From positions 1-60,124 of the forward strand of contig JACPHC010000002.1 in NCBI GenBank assembly GCA_016188775.1: a DNA stretch of 60,124 nucleotides, given 5' to 3'. This DNA is from Parcubacteria group bacterium. GTDB lineage: Bacteria; Patescibacteriota; Minisyncoccia; JACPHC01. Below the pieces are notes generated by a model, which made no database searches, was not told where the DNA came from, and saw only the letters and a list, made by a program, of their open reading frames with translations. Position numbers and translations under genes: made by a program. Shown here piece after piece: positions 27,100-37,026 of this stretch. How positions within the stretch are numbered: position 1 is the stretch's first letter; each line of letters starts with the position of its first letter.

Positions 27100-27714
27100 T
27101 CATTTATATATAAAGCGTAAAATAACGGCTAAAACCAGAAATAAAATTAAAGAACCGAAAATAATCGGCCGGACAACTGTTTGTAATTCGCTTTGAACCG
27201 TTAAATCGACAATAGTGCTGGCTTGATAGGCCTCAACAACGCCAACCACTTTTCCGGCCTCGTCTTTAATAGGCACGTAAGTCTCGCTGAAATTGGGAAA
27301 ATCGCGCTCGGTGATCTGTTCCGGTTTCAAACTTTTTAATTCAAAGGCCACTTCGCCGCTCAAAGCTTCTTTGACTTCATCATTTTCAGGCGCCCTGGAG
27401 CCGATGATTTCGGTTAAATTAGACCAAATCACGCGATAGTCCGCGTTCCAAATTTTAACGCGGAAAAATTCCGGCGTTCTTAAAGACTCGAATAGATTTT
27501 CAAAAACCGAGGCGTTTTTTTTGAAATCAGGATCGGTAAAATGTTCGGGTTGAACCAAGTCCTTAGTTTTTTCCAAAACTTTGGCAACGGTTTTTTCTTT
27601 TCTGGCCTCGTAAACATCTCTTTGAATATTTTTATATTTTGAAAAAACCCAATAAGCGTCAATTGCCACGAAAACGACAAAAAGAACAATTATGATTTTA
27701 TAGTAAAATTTCAT
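27100..27714 (-). CDS. Membrane-anchored extracytoplasmic sensor-domain protein (paralog of the HK N-terminus)
   Basis: 204 aa with TM helices at both ends. VKIWNADYRVIWSN resembles ARINIWNRKNEIIFSD in the kinase. Confidence 0.5.
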   Translation of the reverse strand: MKFYYKIIIVLFVVFVAIDAYWVFSKYKNIQRDVYEARKEKTVAKVLEKTKDLVQPEHFTDPDFKKNASVFENLFESLRTPEFFRVKIWNADYRVIWSNLTEIIGSRAPENDEVKEALSGEVAFELKSLKPEQITERDFPNFSETYVPIKDEAGKVVGVVEAYQASTIVDLTVQSELQTVVRPIIFGSLILFLVLAVILRFIYK

Positions 27715-27739
27715 TTTATTATATGTAAGAAATAGTCGC

Positions 27740-27922
27740 GTTATTTACATTAAATCTCATAGAGAAATGGATACTTATTCGCGAAAGAGCTGTCGGCTCG
27801 CTTCCTGTGGCGAGCCGCAGCTTGACTCTCGGCGCGGCGACTCGCTTCGCGAGACCAAGCTCGCCGCGCCTCCGAGACATTCCGCTCTATAGGCATCCAT
27901 TCCTCTTTAAATGTAAATAACA
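27740..27922. repeat. Approx 180-nt GC-rich multi-stem palindromic element or structured RNA candidate
   Basis: Outer stem GTTATTTACATTAAA.../...TTTAAATGTAAATAAC, extended by AGAGAAATGGAT/ATCCATTCCTCT. Inner hairpins are GGCTCGC-ttcctgt-GGCGAGCC and GGCGCGGCGA...TCGCCGCGCC. Confidence 0.6.
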
Positions 27923-28053
27923 CAATAAATCTTACAATAATTGTATCAATATATAGTATACAACAAATAATCGCGATCAGGGGTGTGGATAACTAAATTC
28001 CCCCGCCTGGATATAAGCGGGGGAATAAATTTATTATGGATACGTTCTGCCGC

Positions 28054-29355
28054 TTATTTGACTGTGATGCTTCCGAAAAATGGAGAAACGGGATTCAAAT
28101 GATCGTGGAATTGAAAAGTTCCGATCTCGCTGGCGGTGATTGAAAAATCTTCTCCGGGTTTCAAAACTTGACCGTTTCCCAAAGACGGCCAATCCGTGTG
28201 AAAAGGATGAGGCGCGGAAGCGGGTTGATGGTCAACCGTGTCGTTATTTTTCCATTCTATTTTTCCGCCCTTGGCAACTTCAACGTTTGAAGGACTGAAT
28301 CCCGACGCGGCAATTGAAATCGTCGCTTCCTTTTTTTCTTCTTTCTTAACTTCTTCCTCTTTCTTTAAAACAACCTTAACGGATTTTTCCGCTGTCCAAT
28401 AATGCTTGCCGTCAATAATGACGTGAGCTCGCATATAAAGAGTGGATTCCGTGTTCGGAGCGACAATATCCGCTTTAAATTTTTTGGGAATTTTAAACGA
28501 TCCGCTCGCGAAATCCGAAGTCAAACCGGGATAACCCGCGTCGGCCGGAGTTTTGTCCAATCCAAAATCGCCCTGTTTTGATTCCGTTCCGTAATGAACG
28601 GCCGTATGATTAATAACCGTTCCTTTCGGACCGCTGACTCTCCAAGAAACTTTGAATTTTTTACCGGTTCTCGCGTTTTCTTCAACTTCAAAATTGGTAA
28701 TTCCCGGCTCTCCGCGTTTAATTTTTTCGGCTTTCGCCGCCGTCACAACAACTTTTGAAGCGATATATTTATCACCGATTTGCGAAATTTTCAAATTAAC
28801 TTTATCTCCGACTTTCAAAGCGTCAAACCCTATTTTTTCATCAGCTTTGGTAATTTTGGCGTTTTCTAAAACTTTTACGTCAATTTCTTTGCCTTCAACG
28901 TCTTCAAGTTTTTTGGCTTTTTCAGCTAAAACTTTAATCGTTCGAGAGGCGGCATCAATCAATTTAATTTCTCCTTTTATTTCAAATTCTTCAACTTTTA
29001 AATCAATTTTATCCGCGACAAATTTTTCATCGACTTTCCTCCCCTTAATTTTTGATTTTGAACCTACGACTATTTCACCAAGGCCAATATCAACATCGCG
29101 CATCCTTATTCTGGTTTCATCGGTAACGCTAATCGCTTGATCTTTGCCTTGGGAATCTTTAAGGGCCATTCGAGCTTTTTCAAGAGTGATTGTCAGAGTT
29201 TTAGCGGCCGTGTCCACGGCTATAACCGGACCTTCGGCATTAAACCTTTCGCTTTTTTTATCTTGCGCGAAAACAGCTAAAGAAAATAAAAGTCCTGAAG
29301 CGACCAATCCTGAGACGATGTGTTTCGCGGTTTTTTTTAATAATAATTTATTCAT
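28054..29355 (-). CDS. Secreted repeat protein with C-terminal cupredoxin-like domain
   Basis: 433 aa with a signal peptide and repeated beta-rich modules. The C-terminus ...VEVAKGGKIEWKNNDTVDH...GTFQFHDHLNP... is plastocyanin-like but lacks the Cys ligand. Confidence 0.5.
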   Translation of the reverse strand: MNKLLLKKTAKHIVSGLVASGLLFSLAVFAQDKKSERFNAEGPVIAVDTAAKTLTITLEKARMALKDSQGKDQAISVTDETRIRMRDVDIGLGEIVVGSKSKIKGRKVDEKFVADKIDLKVEEFEIKGEIKLIDAASRTIKVLAEKAKKLEDVEGKEIDVKVLENAKITKADEKIGFDALKVGDKVNLKISQIGDKYIASKVVVTAAKAEKIKRGEPGITNFEVEENARTGKKFKVSWRVSGPKGTVINHTAVHYGTESKQGDFGLDKTPADAGYPGLTSDFASGSFKIPKKFKADIVAPNTESTLYMRAHVIIDGKHYWTAEKSVKVVLKKEEEVKKEEKKEATISIAASGFSPSNVEVAKGGKIEWKNNDTVDHQPASAPHPFHTDWPSLGNGQVLKPGEDFSITASEIGTFQFHDHLNPVSPFFGSITVK

Positions 29356-29444
29356 ATTTTTTATTATTAATAATATTAATTTTTTATTTTATTTGAAATT
29401 TTTCCGACCTTTACCCGCTAAAAACTTAGACGGGTGAATTAAAT

Positions 29445-30047
29445 TTAATTTTCCAACGGAATAAATTTTTTTATTTTTTCGTTCACGAAATTCCAATCAA
29501 TATTTTTCATAAAAGTTTCGATGTAATTTTTGCGTCCAGTCGCGTAATCGATAAAATAAGCATGCTCGTAAACATCGAGGATCAAAAGCGCGACTGTGTT
29601 CCAAACTCCGCCTTGAGAATGCCAATCACAAATATAATTATGAAGTTTTTTTTCTTCCAAATCGTAAGTTAAAACCACCCAGCCCCGAGCCGACATTCCG
29701 CAGGCTTTAAAGTCTTCTTCCCAATTTTCATAGGTCCCGAAATCGCGTTCAATTATTTCCAAAATTTTTCCTTGCGGCTTTTCTCCTTTCCCGCCCAAAT
29801 TATCAAAATAACCTTCGTGAAGTTTAACGCCGTTTAAAGAAAAAGTTTCTTCTAATTTTAACTCCCGAAATTGACTATAAGAAGCGCTGGCCTCGGCTCG
29901 GGAAGCCTCTTTTAATTTTTCTTCTATTTCATTCAGTTTTTTAACATAACCGGCGTAAAGAACGTCGTGATGTTCTTTTAATTGTTTTTCCGAAAGTCCG
30001 GGAAGGTTCTGATATTTGAGAGGTTTGACCTCCTTTTTTGATATCAT
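29445..30047 (-). CDS. Fe/Mn superoxide dismutase
   Basis: HHDVLYAGYV and DVYEHAYFIDY metal-ligand motifs. An alternative TTG start lies at 30053. Confidence 0.9.
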   Translation of the reverse strand: MISKKEVKPLKYQNLPGLSEKQLKEHHDVLYAGYVKKLNEIEEKLKEASRAEASASYSQFRELKLEETFSLNGVKLHEGYFDNLGGKGEKPQGKILEIIERDFGTYENWEEDFKACGMSARGWVVLTYDLEEKKLHNYICDWHSQGGVWNTVALLILDVYEHAYFIDYATGRKNYIETFMKNIDWNFVNEKIKKFIPLEN

Positions 30048-30059
30048 AATCAAATTATA

Positions 30060-31298
30060 TTACTCGCTATCCAGGGCGTCAACGGTATATTTGTTAGACG
30101 CGTTCCAAAGAATCCAACCGAAAGATTTAGCGTCATAAACGGCTTTCTTCTCAAGCCGCACCATTTTATCGTCGTAAACCGCGCCTAAATCGAAATCCTG
30201 CAGCCAGGGCCGAAGCAAAGCCGCGGAAACGTGATTACTGGAAGCAAATTCCGTTAATTTGCTTTGGCCTTTCATTAAACTTTCAAAAATAATTTCATAA
30301 GGATGGGCCGCCGGATTTTTAAAATTTTGAAAACCGGCCGGGTAATGCGAGGGGTAAACCATCGGCGAGATATAATCAAAATAACCGGCCGCGTCAATCA
30401 ATCGTTGGCCGATATTCATATCATCGTCCCGCCAAGTAGTCAGGCCAAAAAAATCGGCCGAAATTATAATTTTCAAAGGCTTTAATTCGAAACTGGCGCG
30501 TTGGAAAAAATTCTTCATCACTTCATGTTTCGGCGTTTTGCCGTCCCAAAAAGGATAAATAGCGTCAGCCATGGCGCCATCGGAAGGAAAACGAATATAA
30601 TCGAAATTAACTTCGTCAAAACCCAATCTCGCGGCTTCAATGGCCAAAGCGATATTATAATCCTGAACTTCCAAAGAAGCCGGATCCAGCCAGGCAATTT
30701 TTTTAAAATCACGCCAGATTTTGCCAGTTTTTTTACTTTTTAAAGCCAAATCGGGTCTTTTGACGGCCAAAGAATTATCCTGAAAAACAGCGACGCGCGC
30801 GATCGCGTAAATATTTTCATCATGCAGTCTTTCCAAAAGACCCCCAATGTCTGAAATCCTGATATCAAAAGTCCCCGGACGATTTAATTCCGGATTTTCG
30901 GTTTTAAAAACGATTTGTCCGCCCCAATCTTTAATGTCAATGATAATCGCGTTGAGCTCGGTTTTTTTAATCAGAGCGGTAAGTTCACTCATTCTTTTCT
31001 TGTCCCCAGCGGTAAACGAAGTAATATAAATACCTTTAGCTTCAAATGGTTGAGAAAAAACTGGCCGTACTTTTTTCGGCTCAACATTTTGAGCCTCTTT
31101 TTGAGGCTCAAAACCGGCTAATTTAATTAAAATTTTTCGGGCCGGAAAAAAAACAGAAATCAAAAAAAGAATAAGCAAAAAAGAAAAAATCGCTCCCGTT
31201 GCCAAAATTTTCCTATTTGTTTTTCTTGGAAGATTTTTTAATTTTTTTAGGCCTTTTTTTATTTGAATTATGAGCCGCGCATGTATCGCGTATAACAT
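30060..31298 (-). CDS. Putative TIM-barrel glycoside hydrolase (DUF4015-like), membrane anchored
   Basis: 412 aa with an N-terminal TM. ...AIIIDIKDWGG...DFDYIRFP... pattern. Confidence 0.5.
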   Translation of the reverse strand: MLYAIHARLIIQIKKGLKKLKNLPRKTNRKILATGAIFSFLLILFLISVFFPARKILIKLAGFEPQKEAQNVEPKKVRPVFSQPFEAKGIYITSFTAGDKKRMSELTALIKKTELNAIIIDIKDWGGQIVFKTENPELNRPGTFDIRISDIGGLLERLHDENIYAIARVAVFQDNSLAVKRPDLALKSKKTGKIWRDFKKIAWLDPASLEVQDYNIALAIEAARLGFDEVNFDYIRFPSDGAMADAIYPFWDGKTPKHEVMKNFFQRASFELKPLKIIISADFFGLTTWRDDDMNIGQRLIDAAGYFDYISPMVYPSHYPAGFQNFKNPAAHPYEIIFESLMKGQSKLTEFASSNHVSAALLRPWLQDFDLGAVYDDKMVRLEKKAVYDAKSFGWILWNASNKYTVDALDSE

Positions 31299-31304
31299 TT
31301 TAAA

Positions 31305-31469
31305 TTATCTGGCGCCCGGACCAAAAAACCAATATAAAATGCCAACGACCACCGCCGTGGCGATCGCGCCGGCGATAAAACCGGCCAAAGCGCTGGCATA
31401 AGATCGGCCAATTCTGACCGCTGGTTCATTCATCGGCGGAGCCGCAATAAATTCATCTTTAATTGACAT
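31305..31469 (-). CDS. Possible 54-aa membrane peptide
   Basis: MSIKDEFIAAPPMNEPAVRIGRSYASALAGFIAGAIATAVVVGILYWFFGPGAR. Below the ORF-track size cutoff. Confidence 0.3.
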   Translation of the reverse strand: MSIKDEFIAAPPMNEPAVRIGRSYASALAGFIAGAIATAVVVGILYWFFGPGAR

Positions 31470-31683
31470 ATAAAAAAATAAAAGTAAATTTAAAATTTTC
31501 GACCTTGAAAATACGAGATTAAAACTCTTACTGCATTATTTTAATTCTTATAATTTTCGATGTCAATTTTTGCACTCGTCCATCGCATTAGTTCTCGACT
31601 CGCGCGAGCCTAAAAATTAAAAAACAAAAAAACTCGCTCTCCGGCAGCTCGCCGAAAAACGAGTTTTTTAAAACGAGAATATT

Positions 31684-32373
31684 CTATCTTTTTTCTGAAA
31701 TATCCCGGCGGAGTTTTTCAATAAACGAAGCGGCTTGTTCTTTTCCGCCCAGTCCAAAAGCTATTCCGCCGGCAATAGCCAAAAACGCCACAAAGCCGGT
31801 AAAGAAAGTGCTAAGAATATCTCTGGCCACGCCCAGCTGAAGCAAAGTAGCGAAAATAGCAAAAATCCAGATTGCCCACTTTACAACACCGGAAAGAAAA
31901 GGACCGCTGGCCAATCCCGCGGCGTCAACCGCGGCCTTGACGGTTTTGGCGACAAAATCAGCCACCAGGGCGGCCACGAGCAGAATAATAGCCGCGACAA
32001 AAACATGCGGAAGATAAGCAATCACTTCCTGCAAAAAATCGGCTACGGCTGAAAGATTCAAAATGTTAGCGGCGGTCAAAAGAAAAACAACAATAAAAAA
32101 CCATTTAACAATGCCGCCGACAAATCTTCCGCTGTCAAGCTTCATGCCCGCTCTCTCAATTGGCTTTTCAAAACCCAATTTTGCCAAATACTGATCTACT
32201 TTTAAAGATCGAAAAATCTGAATAATAACCCGATCAAAAATCATTGCCACAATCCAGCCGATAATAAAAACGACAATAGCGAGAATGAGTCTTGGCAAAA
32301 ACTCGACCACCACGCTATTCAAAAGTTGGGTAAAAGCGGTAGTAAATGTGATACTTATATCTTGAAGAAGCAT
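31684..32373 (-). CDS. Multi-pass membrane protein with conserved-TM-helix repeats (MscS-N-terminal-like)
   Basis: 229 aa with repeated ...FLP.L..A..V...G..VA... helices. Confidence 0.45.
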   Translation of the reverse strand: MLLQDISITFTTAFTQLLNSVVVEFLPRLILAIVVFIIGWIVAMIFDRVIIQIFRSLKVDQYLAKLGFEKPIERAGMKLDSGRFVGGIVKWFFIVVFLLTAANILNLSAVADFLQEVIAYLPHVFVAAIILLVAALVADFVAKTVKAAVDAAGLASGPFLSGVVKWAIWIFAIFATLLQLGVARDILSTFFTGFVAFLAIAGGIAFGLGGKEQAASFIEKLRRDISEKR

Positions 32374-32598
32374 TATAGTATTGAATTTAAATCATTTCTC
32401 GACCTTTAACTTCGCGTTATTTATTGACAACGCGATCGCTTTATTTCATTATTTAGCGTAAAAATATTATAGCATAAGTTTTCAAAATATCCCTGTGGAT
32501 AACTTAAAGGCCTTTCGCGAAAGACCTTTATTGTATTATAAAAAAATGTTATAAAAAATTAGATCTTTTAAAAAAATCAGATTAACAAGGAGGTTTTT

Positions 32599-33789
32599 TT
32601 GAATGAATTTAAAAAAATAGTCTTTGATAAAGAAAAAATTTTGAAAGTGATGGAATCTTTGCAAAACGCCGAAACCAAAGCGTTTCTGGCTTCCCCGCCA
32701 AGAAACCCGGAAAACGATCCGCGATGGAACGATTACGCGGCAATGTGGATGCGCGATCAGCTTTTTATGGCTGACGCTTATTACTATTTTGGAATGTATG
32801 AAAAATTAGTTGAAAGCGTTTATCCGATTTTTAATATTCTTCACAATCAACGCCATAAACTTGAAAGAATTTCTCATCCCCGCGATAAAAACGGAAAATT
32901 CATAACTTCAGAATTAATTCACGCTAAATACGACGCCGCCACTCTTAAAGAATTAACTTGCCGCAATTCCGTTACCGGACATGAAAATCCCATTGAATGG
33001 GGACATCACCAACTGGACGCCATTGGCCTCTTTCTGCATTTAGTCGCTGATTTGAATTTTAAAAATATTGACGCCAGACGCGACGAAAACGATAAAAAAA
33101 TTCTTCAACTTCTTATTTTTTATTTAATCAATGTTGAATACTGGCAACAGCCGGATTTCGGAATGTGGGAAGAATGTTTAATAAAACACGCTTCTTCCAT
33201 CGGCGCGGTTGTAGCCGGATTATCGTATATCAAAAGAAGAGATTTAGCCACAGTGCCCGAAGAGCTTATTACTTTTGGCCAAAATCAGCTTTTTCGAATT
33301 CTTCCCTATGAATCGCAAGATGTTTGCGAACGGGAGCATCATAAATGGGAAAACAGTCACGATTGCGATGTGGCCCAACTTTTCCTTATTTGGCCATTTA
33401 ATATCGTGGGACTGGAAATGGCGGACCTTCTTCTTGATAGAATAATCAACGGCCACAAAGCTAAAAACGGAAAATTTCACCGTCTCGTCCAGTCTTTCGG
33501 AATTCATCGCTATTGGGGAGATGATTATTACCGCGATAAAAACGGAGTTTCCGCCCAGTGGCAATGGGACTTTTTAATTTCAATAATTTATTCTCAAAGA
33601 CATCAATACGAAACGGCTTTTGAATGGTTCAAACGAGGCGCGTCGCGAATTACCGATGATGGCCATATCGCCGAAGCTTATGTTGACGGAAAACCCAATG
33701 ATCACACCCCGCTTGGCTGGATGCACGCTCTGGCCTTAATCGCTTTTCGCAAACTCCCGATTCAAACGCAAAAAACGCTTTTGCCGTAA
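32599..33789 (+). CDS. Glycoside hydrolase family 15-like (glucoamylase-related)
   Basis: WMRDQLFMADAYY, MWEE and (alpha/alpha)6-type motifs. TTG start preceded by AAGGAGG. Confidence 0.7.
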   Translation: MNEFKKIVFDKEKILKVMESLQNAETKAFLASPPRNPENDPRWNDYAAMWMRDQLFMADAYYYFGMYEKLVESVYPIFNILHNQRHKLERISHPRDKNGKFITSELIHAKYDAATLKELTCRNSVTGHENPIEWGHHQLDAIGLFLHLVADLNFKNIDARRDENDKKILQLLIFYLINVEYWQQPDFGMWEECLIKHASSIGAVVAGLSYIKRRDLATVPEELITFGQNQLFRILPYESQDVCEREHHKWENSHDCDVAQLFLIWPFNIVGLEMADLLLDRIINGHKAKNGKFHRLVQSFGIHRYWGDDYYRDKNGVSAQWQWDFLISIIYSQRHQYETAFEWFKRGASRITDDGHIAEAYVDGKPNDHTPLGWMHALALIAFRKLPIQTQKTLLP

Positions 33790-33801
33790 ATTCAAAAAAA
33801 A

Positions 33802-33830
33802 CAGCCCTGACGCGTAACGTCAGGGCTTTA
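33802..33830 (+). terminator. Rho-independent terminator
   Basis: CAGCCCTGACG-cgtaa-CGTCAGGGCT followed by a T-rich tract. Confidence 0.6.
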
Positions 33831-33958
33831 CCTTTTCCTATCACCTCACATACGATTGCAAAAGAAAAATAACCATTGCTAAATTCAAAATCAACAAAAA
33901 TAACGTTGAAGGATCTTTAATTTTCATCTTTTTCTCCTTTTTTTCTGATTGTTAAAAT

Positions 33959-34348
33959 TCAAAATTTTTCATCTTCTTTTTTACAACATCTATATAATCT
34001 TTTAATTTCCACTCTCGAACTGCTCACGAATTTATAAAAAGCGTCCGAGACTGAATCCTGAAAAAATTCAATTCCTAAATAAGCCGTTTCATTAAAATTC
34101 TCCTTTCTTGTTTCTTCCGGCGGCCAATTCCAATGCCAAGTTTCATATCCGTTCATCTCATGCATAATTTTCGCCATATGCCCGGGATAATATTGGCCGA
34201 CAATATCGTAAACTTCCTCTCTTGTCATGCCGATTTTTAAATCATTGTAAATTTCAAAAAGAGGATCACTCGCCCAAGAAATCGGAATAAAAATAAATAT
34301 CAAAATCACGGCCAATAAAAATGACAATAAAATCTTCATTTTCATCAC
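33959..34348 (-). CDS. Membrane-anchored hypothetical protein
   Basis: 129 aa with an N-terminal TM helix. Confidence 0.45.
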   Translation of the reverse strand: MMKMKILLSFLLAVILIFIFIPISWASDPLFEIYNDLKIGMTREEVYDIVGQYYPGHMAKIMHEMNGYETWHWNWPPEETRKENFNETAYLGIEFFQDSVSDAFYKFVSSSRVEIKRLYRCCKKEDEKF

Positions 34349-34360
34349 CTCTTTAAATTT

Positions 34361-34564
34361 TCAAAAAACTTCACGCCCGCCGAAGAACTGATGGCCTTCA
34401 TGCGCTTTGCGAAGAGTTTTCTCATTCGCGCCAAGAGCGGTAACAATATCATCCAGTGTTGCTCCGTCGTTGCTTGCGATAAACAATAAAATCTCGATCC
34501 GATGGTGATTGGCCATCCCTTTCAGATGCCGCTCCATTTGTTTCGCTGTTTTTACCTTCGCCAT
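34361..34564 (-). CDS. Short ArsR-like winged-helix protein, possibly truncated
   Basis: MAKVKTAKQMERHLKGMANHHRIEILLFIASNDGATLDDIV... The recognition helix and wing are not recognisable after approx aa 45. Confidence 0.35.
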   Translation of the reverse strand: MAKVKTAKQMERHLKGMANHHRIEILLFIASNDGATLDDIVTALGANEKTLRKAHEGHQFFGGREVF

Positions 34565-34594
34565 AATTACATTATACACCACATCCCTACATTC

Positions 34595-34985
34595 TCAAGT
34601 TTGTAAGGATGTTGTTTGAGGCGGTTCGACGCAACTCACCGTAAACGATAAGCGACGGCGCGGCCGTGCGGGAAGATATCCCAAGCGCCTTGCGGATTTC
34701 GGAGTTGGAGAATTGACCGCACGAGCGCAACAGCGCGAGCGCGCGTTATTTGCGTTCCTCCTTCTGCGAAGCCGTCTCAATCGCCGACTTACAAATGCCG
34801 ACAAGTTCATCTTTCGTAGTTCGTGCCGTATTTTCCCGCTTTTTTACGCGCGAAAACAACCGTGTCCGGCGAGATACTTTCGCATGTTCGAACCGCAAAA
34901 AATCCAGTGAACCCCGAAGGAAAACAAGCTTCCTACGGGGCAGGTAAAACAGAAATCGAGCAATCTCTAGCCCGATCTCAATCAA
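34595..34985 (-). pseudogene. Degraded gene ending in a winged-helix domain (in-frame TAA)
   Basis: The same frame reads ...ICKSAIETASQKEERK-[TAA]-RALALLRSCGQFSNSEIRKALGISSRTAAPSLIVYGEL.... Confidence 0.3.
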
Positions 34986-35124
34986 TGCTCCGCATCGTGA
35001 ACAATGTTAGAACTATTTTTGAGAGACAAAATGAGTATATTTACATACCAGATTTGAGAAGTTTTGCTAACTCATAAATCTACCCCACTGCATTACTCAC
35101 TATTGTTTTGAAAATACCACACTA

Positions 35125-35153
35125 TTGACTTTTTGTTGACGATTTGCTACAAT
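35125..35153 (+). promoter_or_regulatory. Strong sigma70-like promoter upstream of the DGR target
   Basis: TTGACT (35125-35130), 17-nt spacer, TACAAT (35148-35153). An approx 165-nt structured leader and AAAGGAGG precede the ATG at 35326. Confidence 0.45.
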
Positions 35154-35325
35154 TGTGGTGTTCATTGAAAATCAGTGAGGCGAGCATTTTGGACGCCAAA
35201 CGCTTGGTTTCTAAAGTGCTCGTCTCATTCCGAGATGAGACCGCAAGCCGTCGGATACGGCTACCTCTCTCTAAAGTCTCCAAGAGGGACAAAGAGAGAA
35301 AATCCAACAAAAGGAGGAAAGTGCT

Positions 35326-35562
35326 ATGAAAAGCACAACCCAAAGCGGTCTCTGGAAAGTAGAGTTCGGTGAGCTTGGAGCGACCCTCAAGGTGCTCCAA
35401 GACCACGGCGTCACCCCTGACCATCTGGCAAGGCTTCGTGCCGAACCAGATTACGCCAAGCGGGTGGCAGAGTTCATGCTCCGAGGTGGCCTCGATGCCT
35501 CAATCCACCAGAAGCTCGCCCGTGCGGTCATGGGCAAGAACTTCTTTGGTGTTGAGGACTAG
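35326..35562 (+). CDS. N-terminal segment of the DGR target, separated from the rest by an in-frame TAG
   Basis: Same frame as 35578-36153. ...KNFFGVED-[TAG 35560-35562]-SALYG-VNFSQ.... Confidence 0.45.
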   Translation: MKSTTQSGLWKVEFGELGATLKVLQDHGVTPDHLARLRAEPDYAKRVAEFMLRGGLDASIHQKLARAVMGKNFFGVED

Positions 35563-35577
35563 TCGGCTCTCTACGGC

Positions 35578-36153
35578 GTGAACTTCAGTCAGAAGCAACT
35601 CCGTCAGGTCGCCGAGTTCCCGTGGGGCGAGGACATCATCAACTCCACCTGTCCGCTCTGCGGTAAGGTGGTGAAGGATTGCCACTTCGCCTTCGTGGGG
35701 CTCGACCGCATCAACGGCAAGTCGCTCACCATCCTGAAGTTGCAGGAACTTCACCCTGTCACGGGGCAGCCGAAGTTTTGCTCCTACGCTCCAAGTGCGT
35801 GGTATTCCAAGCAGAAGTTTGCGAGGGAGACCACGATGGACTTCAGGTGGTATCTCTTGCATCAGAACATCATCCCGAAGTCCGAGGACAAGACCTACGA
35901 CGACCAGAAGACGATGCTCACGGCTAACTACGAAGTGCCGTCCGCCATCACCGAGGTCACGAAAGACCTACTCGTCTTCCGTAAGACAGGGAACTTCGTG
36001 AACCAGTCACGATATGCCCGTTGCGAGTGTGTCGCTTCGGGCGGCGGCCGTGTCGATGTCGGCGACTTCGGCGAGAACGGGCTCCGTGTCAGCAGCTACT
36101 GGGGCGGCGGCCGCTACGGCAGCATCGGTCTGGCCGCCTCTCGGAAGTTCTGA
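35578..36153 (+). CDS. DGR target (variable) protein; C-terminal VR in a C-type-lectin-like tail
   Basis: The C-terminus RVDVGDFGENGLRVSSYWGGGRYGSIGLAASRKF is the diversified copy of the TR-encoded RVNVGNFDENGLNVNNYWDDNRNYNIGLAASR. Confidence 0.7.
   Translation: MNFSQKQLRQVAEFPWGEDIINSTCPLCGKVVKDCHFAFVGLDRINGKSLTILKLQELHPVTGQPKFCSYAPSAWYSKQKFARETTMDFRWYLLHQNIIPKSEDKTYDDQKTMLTANYEVPSAITEVTKDLLVFRKTGNFVNQSRYARCECVASGGGRVDVGDFGENGLRVSSYWGGGRYGSIGLAASRKF
36028..36144 (+). repeat. DGR variable repeat (VR)
   Basis: 117 nt colinear with the TR at offset 478. There are 20 mismatches, 19 of them at TR adenines. Confidence 0.8.
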
Positions 36154-36191
36154 ACTTTGAAGTCTTGAGGGCTTGACCCTCTTGAAACCTT

Positions 36192-36228
36192 GAGCCTCCG
36201 TCCGATTTTTTCGGCGGAGGCTCTTTTC
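36192..36228 (+). terminator. Terminator after the target gene
   Basis: GAGCCTCCG...CGGAGGCTC plus TTTTC. It is preceded by the small hairpin GAGGG-cttga-CCCTC (36167-36181). Confidence 0.55.
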
Positions 36229-36505
36229 TTTTCTCTGACGCCAAGCTATTCTGTAAATGTCTTGCTAATGCAGGCGCGGCTACGGTTTCACCTCGCAAGG
36301 CGTCTCATCTTTGAGATTTCACCAGAGTATCGTCGCCTACGGGTTACGATAGCGTGTGAACCAGATGGAGATAGAACTTCTTGCTCATCTTTAGCGGAGA
36401 TAGCGATAACATCGCTTGCTCCCGAATAAAATACAGGAAAGAGAGGATATAAGCCTTACGACAGTAAACCTCAATTTCCAGTGCCACGGACGAGGGTGAG
36501 CAAAC

Positions 36506-36622
36506 TATGTCACTTCGGACGGCAACCGTGTCAATGTCGGCAACTTCGACGAGAACGGGCTCAATGTCAACAACTACTGGGACGACAACCGCAACTACAA
36601 CATCGGTCTGGCCGCCTCTCGG
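36506..36622 (+). repeat. DGR template repeat (TR)
   Basis: Non-coding copy rich in AAC/AAT/GAC triplets. Confidence 0.8.
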
Positions 36623-36672
36623 CAGTCATTCTCCATCAACTTGAAATACCCTCACTCATGGGGGTATTTCAT

Positions 36673-37023
36673 TTAACGCTCTTTGGTTGACCTAATCCAA
36701 CCACCAAGCTGTCTTCCTATTTCATCAACCGTCTCCTGCCACTTAATGTATTTATTGACATCAGTAACTTTTACTTCTTTGCAAAGCCGTAAGAACACTC
36801 GCAGAAAGTTTAGTTTGACGCTAGTTTTTTCTAACACGGGTAGTTTTTCGGTTTTTGAAAGCTGACTTGCCCAAAGCAGATTTTCCAACACATCTAAAGT
36901 AATGTTTTCGCATCTCTGCCAAAGCGTATGGCGGTCTTGTTTCTTAACATTATTTCGGTAAGCATAAAACTCCTTATATAGCTCGTAAGTTATTTTGAAA
37001 ATTGGTATATCAAAATCATCCAT
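36673..37023 (-). CDS. avd: Avd-like four-helix-bundle protein (DGR accessory variability determinant family)
   Basis: 116 aa, basic and helical (...YELYKEFYAYRNNVKKQDRHTLWQR...LLWASQ...). It is adjacent to the TR and RT but on the opposite strand, with its start 3 bp from the RT start. Confidence 0.6.
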   Translation of the reverse strand: MDDFDIPIFKITYELYKEFYAYRNNVKKQDRHTLWQRCENITLDVLENLLWASQLSKTEKLPVLEKTSVKLNFLRVFLRLCKEVKVTDVNKYIKWQETVDEIGRQLGGWIRSTKER

Positions 37024-37026
37024 ATT

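Noticed and set aside
28041-28052. Shared 12-mer TACGTTCTGCCG at 28041 and 49129 as a regulatory motif
   Set aside because: There are only two occurrences, with no shared flanking similarity. This is compatible with chance.
35122-36690. Numerous overlapping 60-120-aa ORFs on both strands in the GC-rich segment
   Set aside because: High GC lowers stop-codon frequency. They overlap the VR-bearing CDS or the TR and have Arg/Ala/Pro-rich low-complexity translations.
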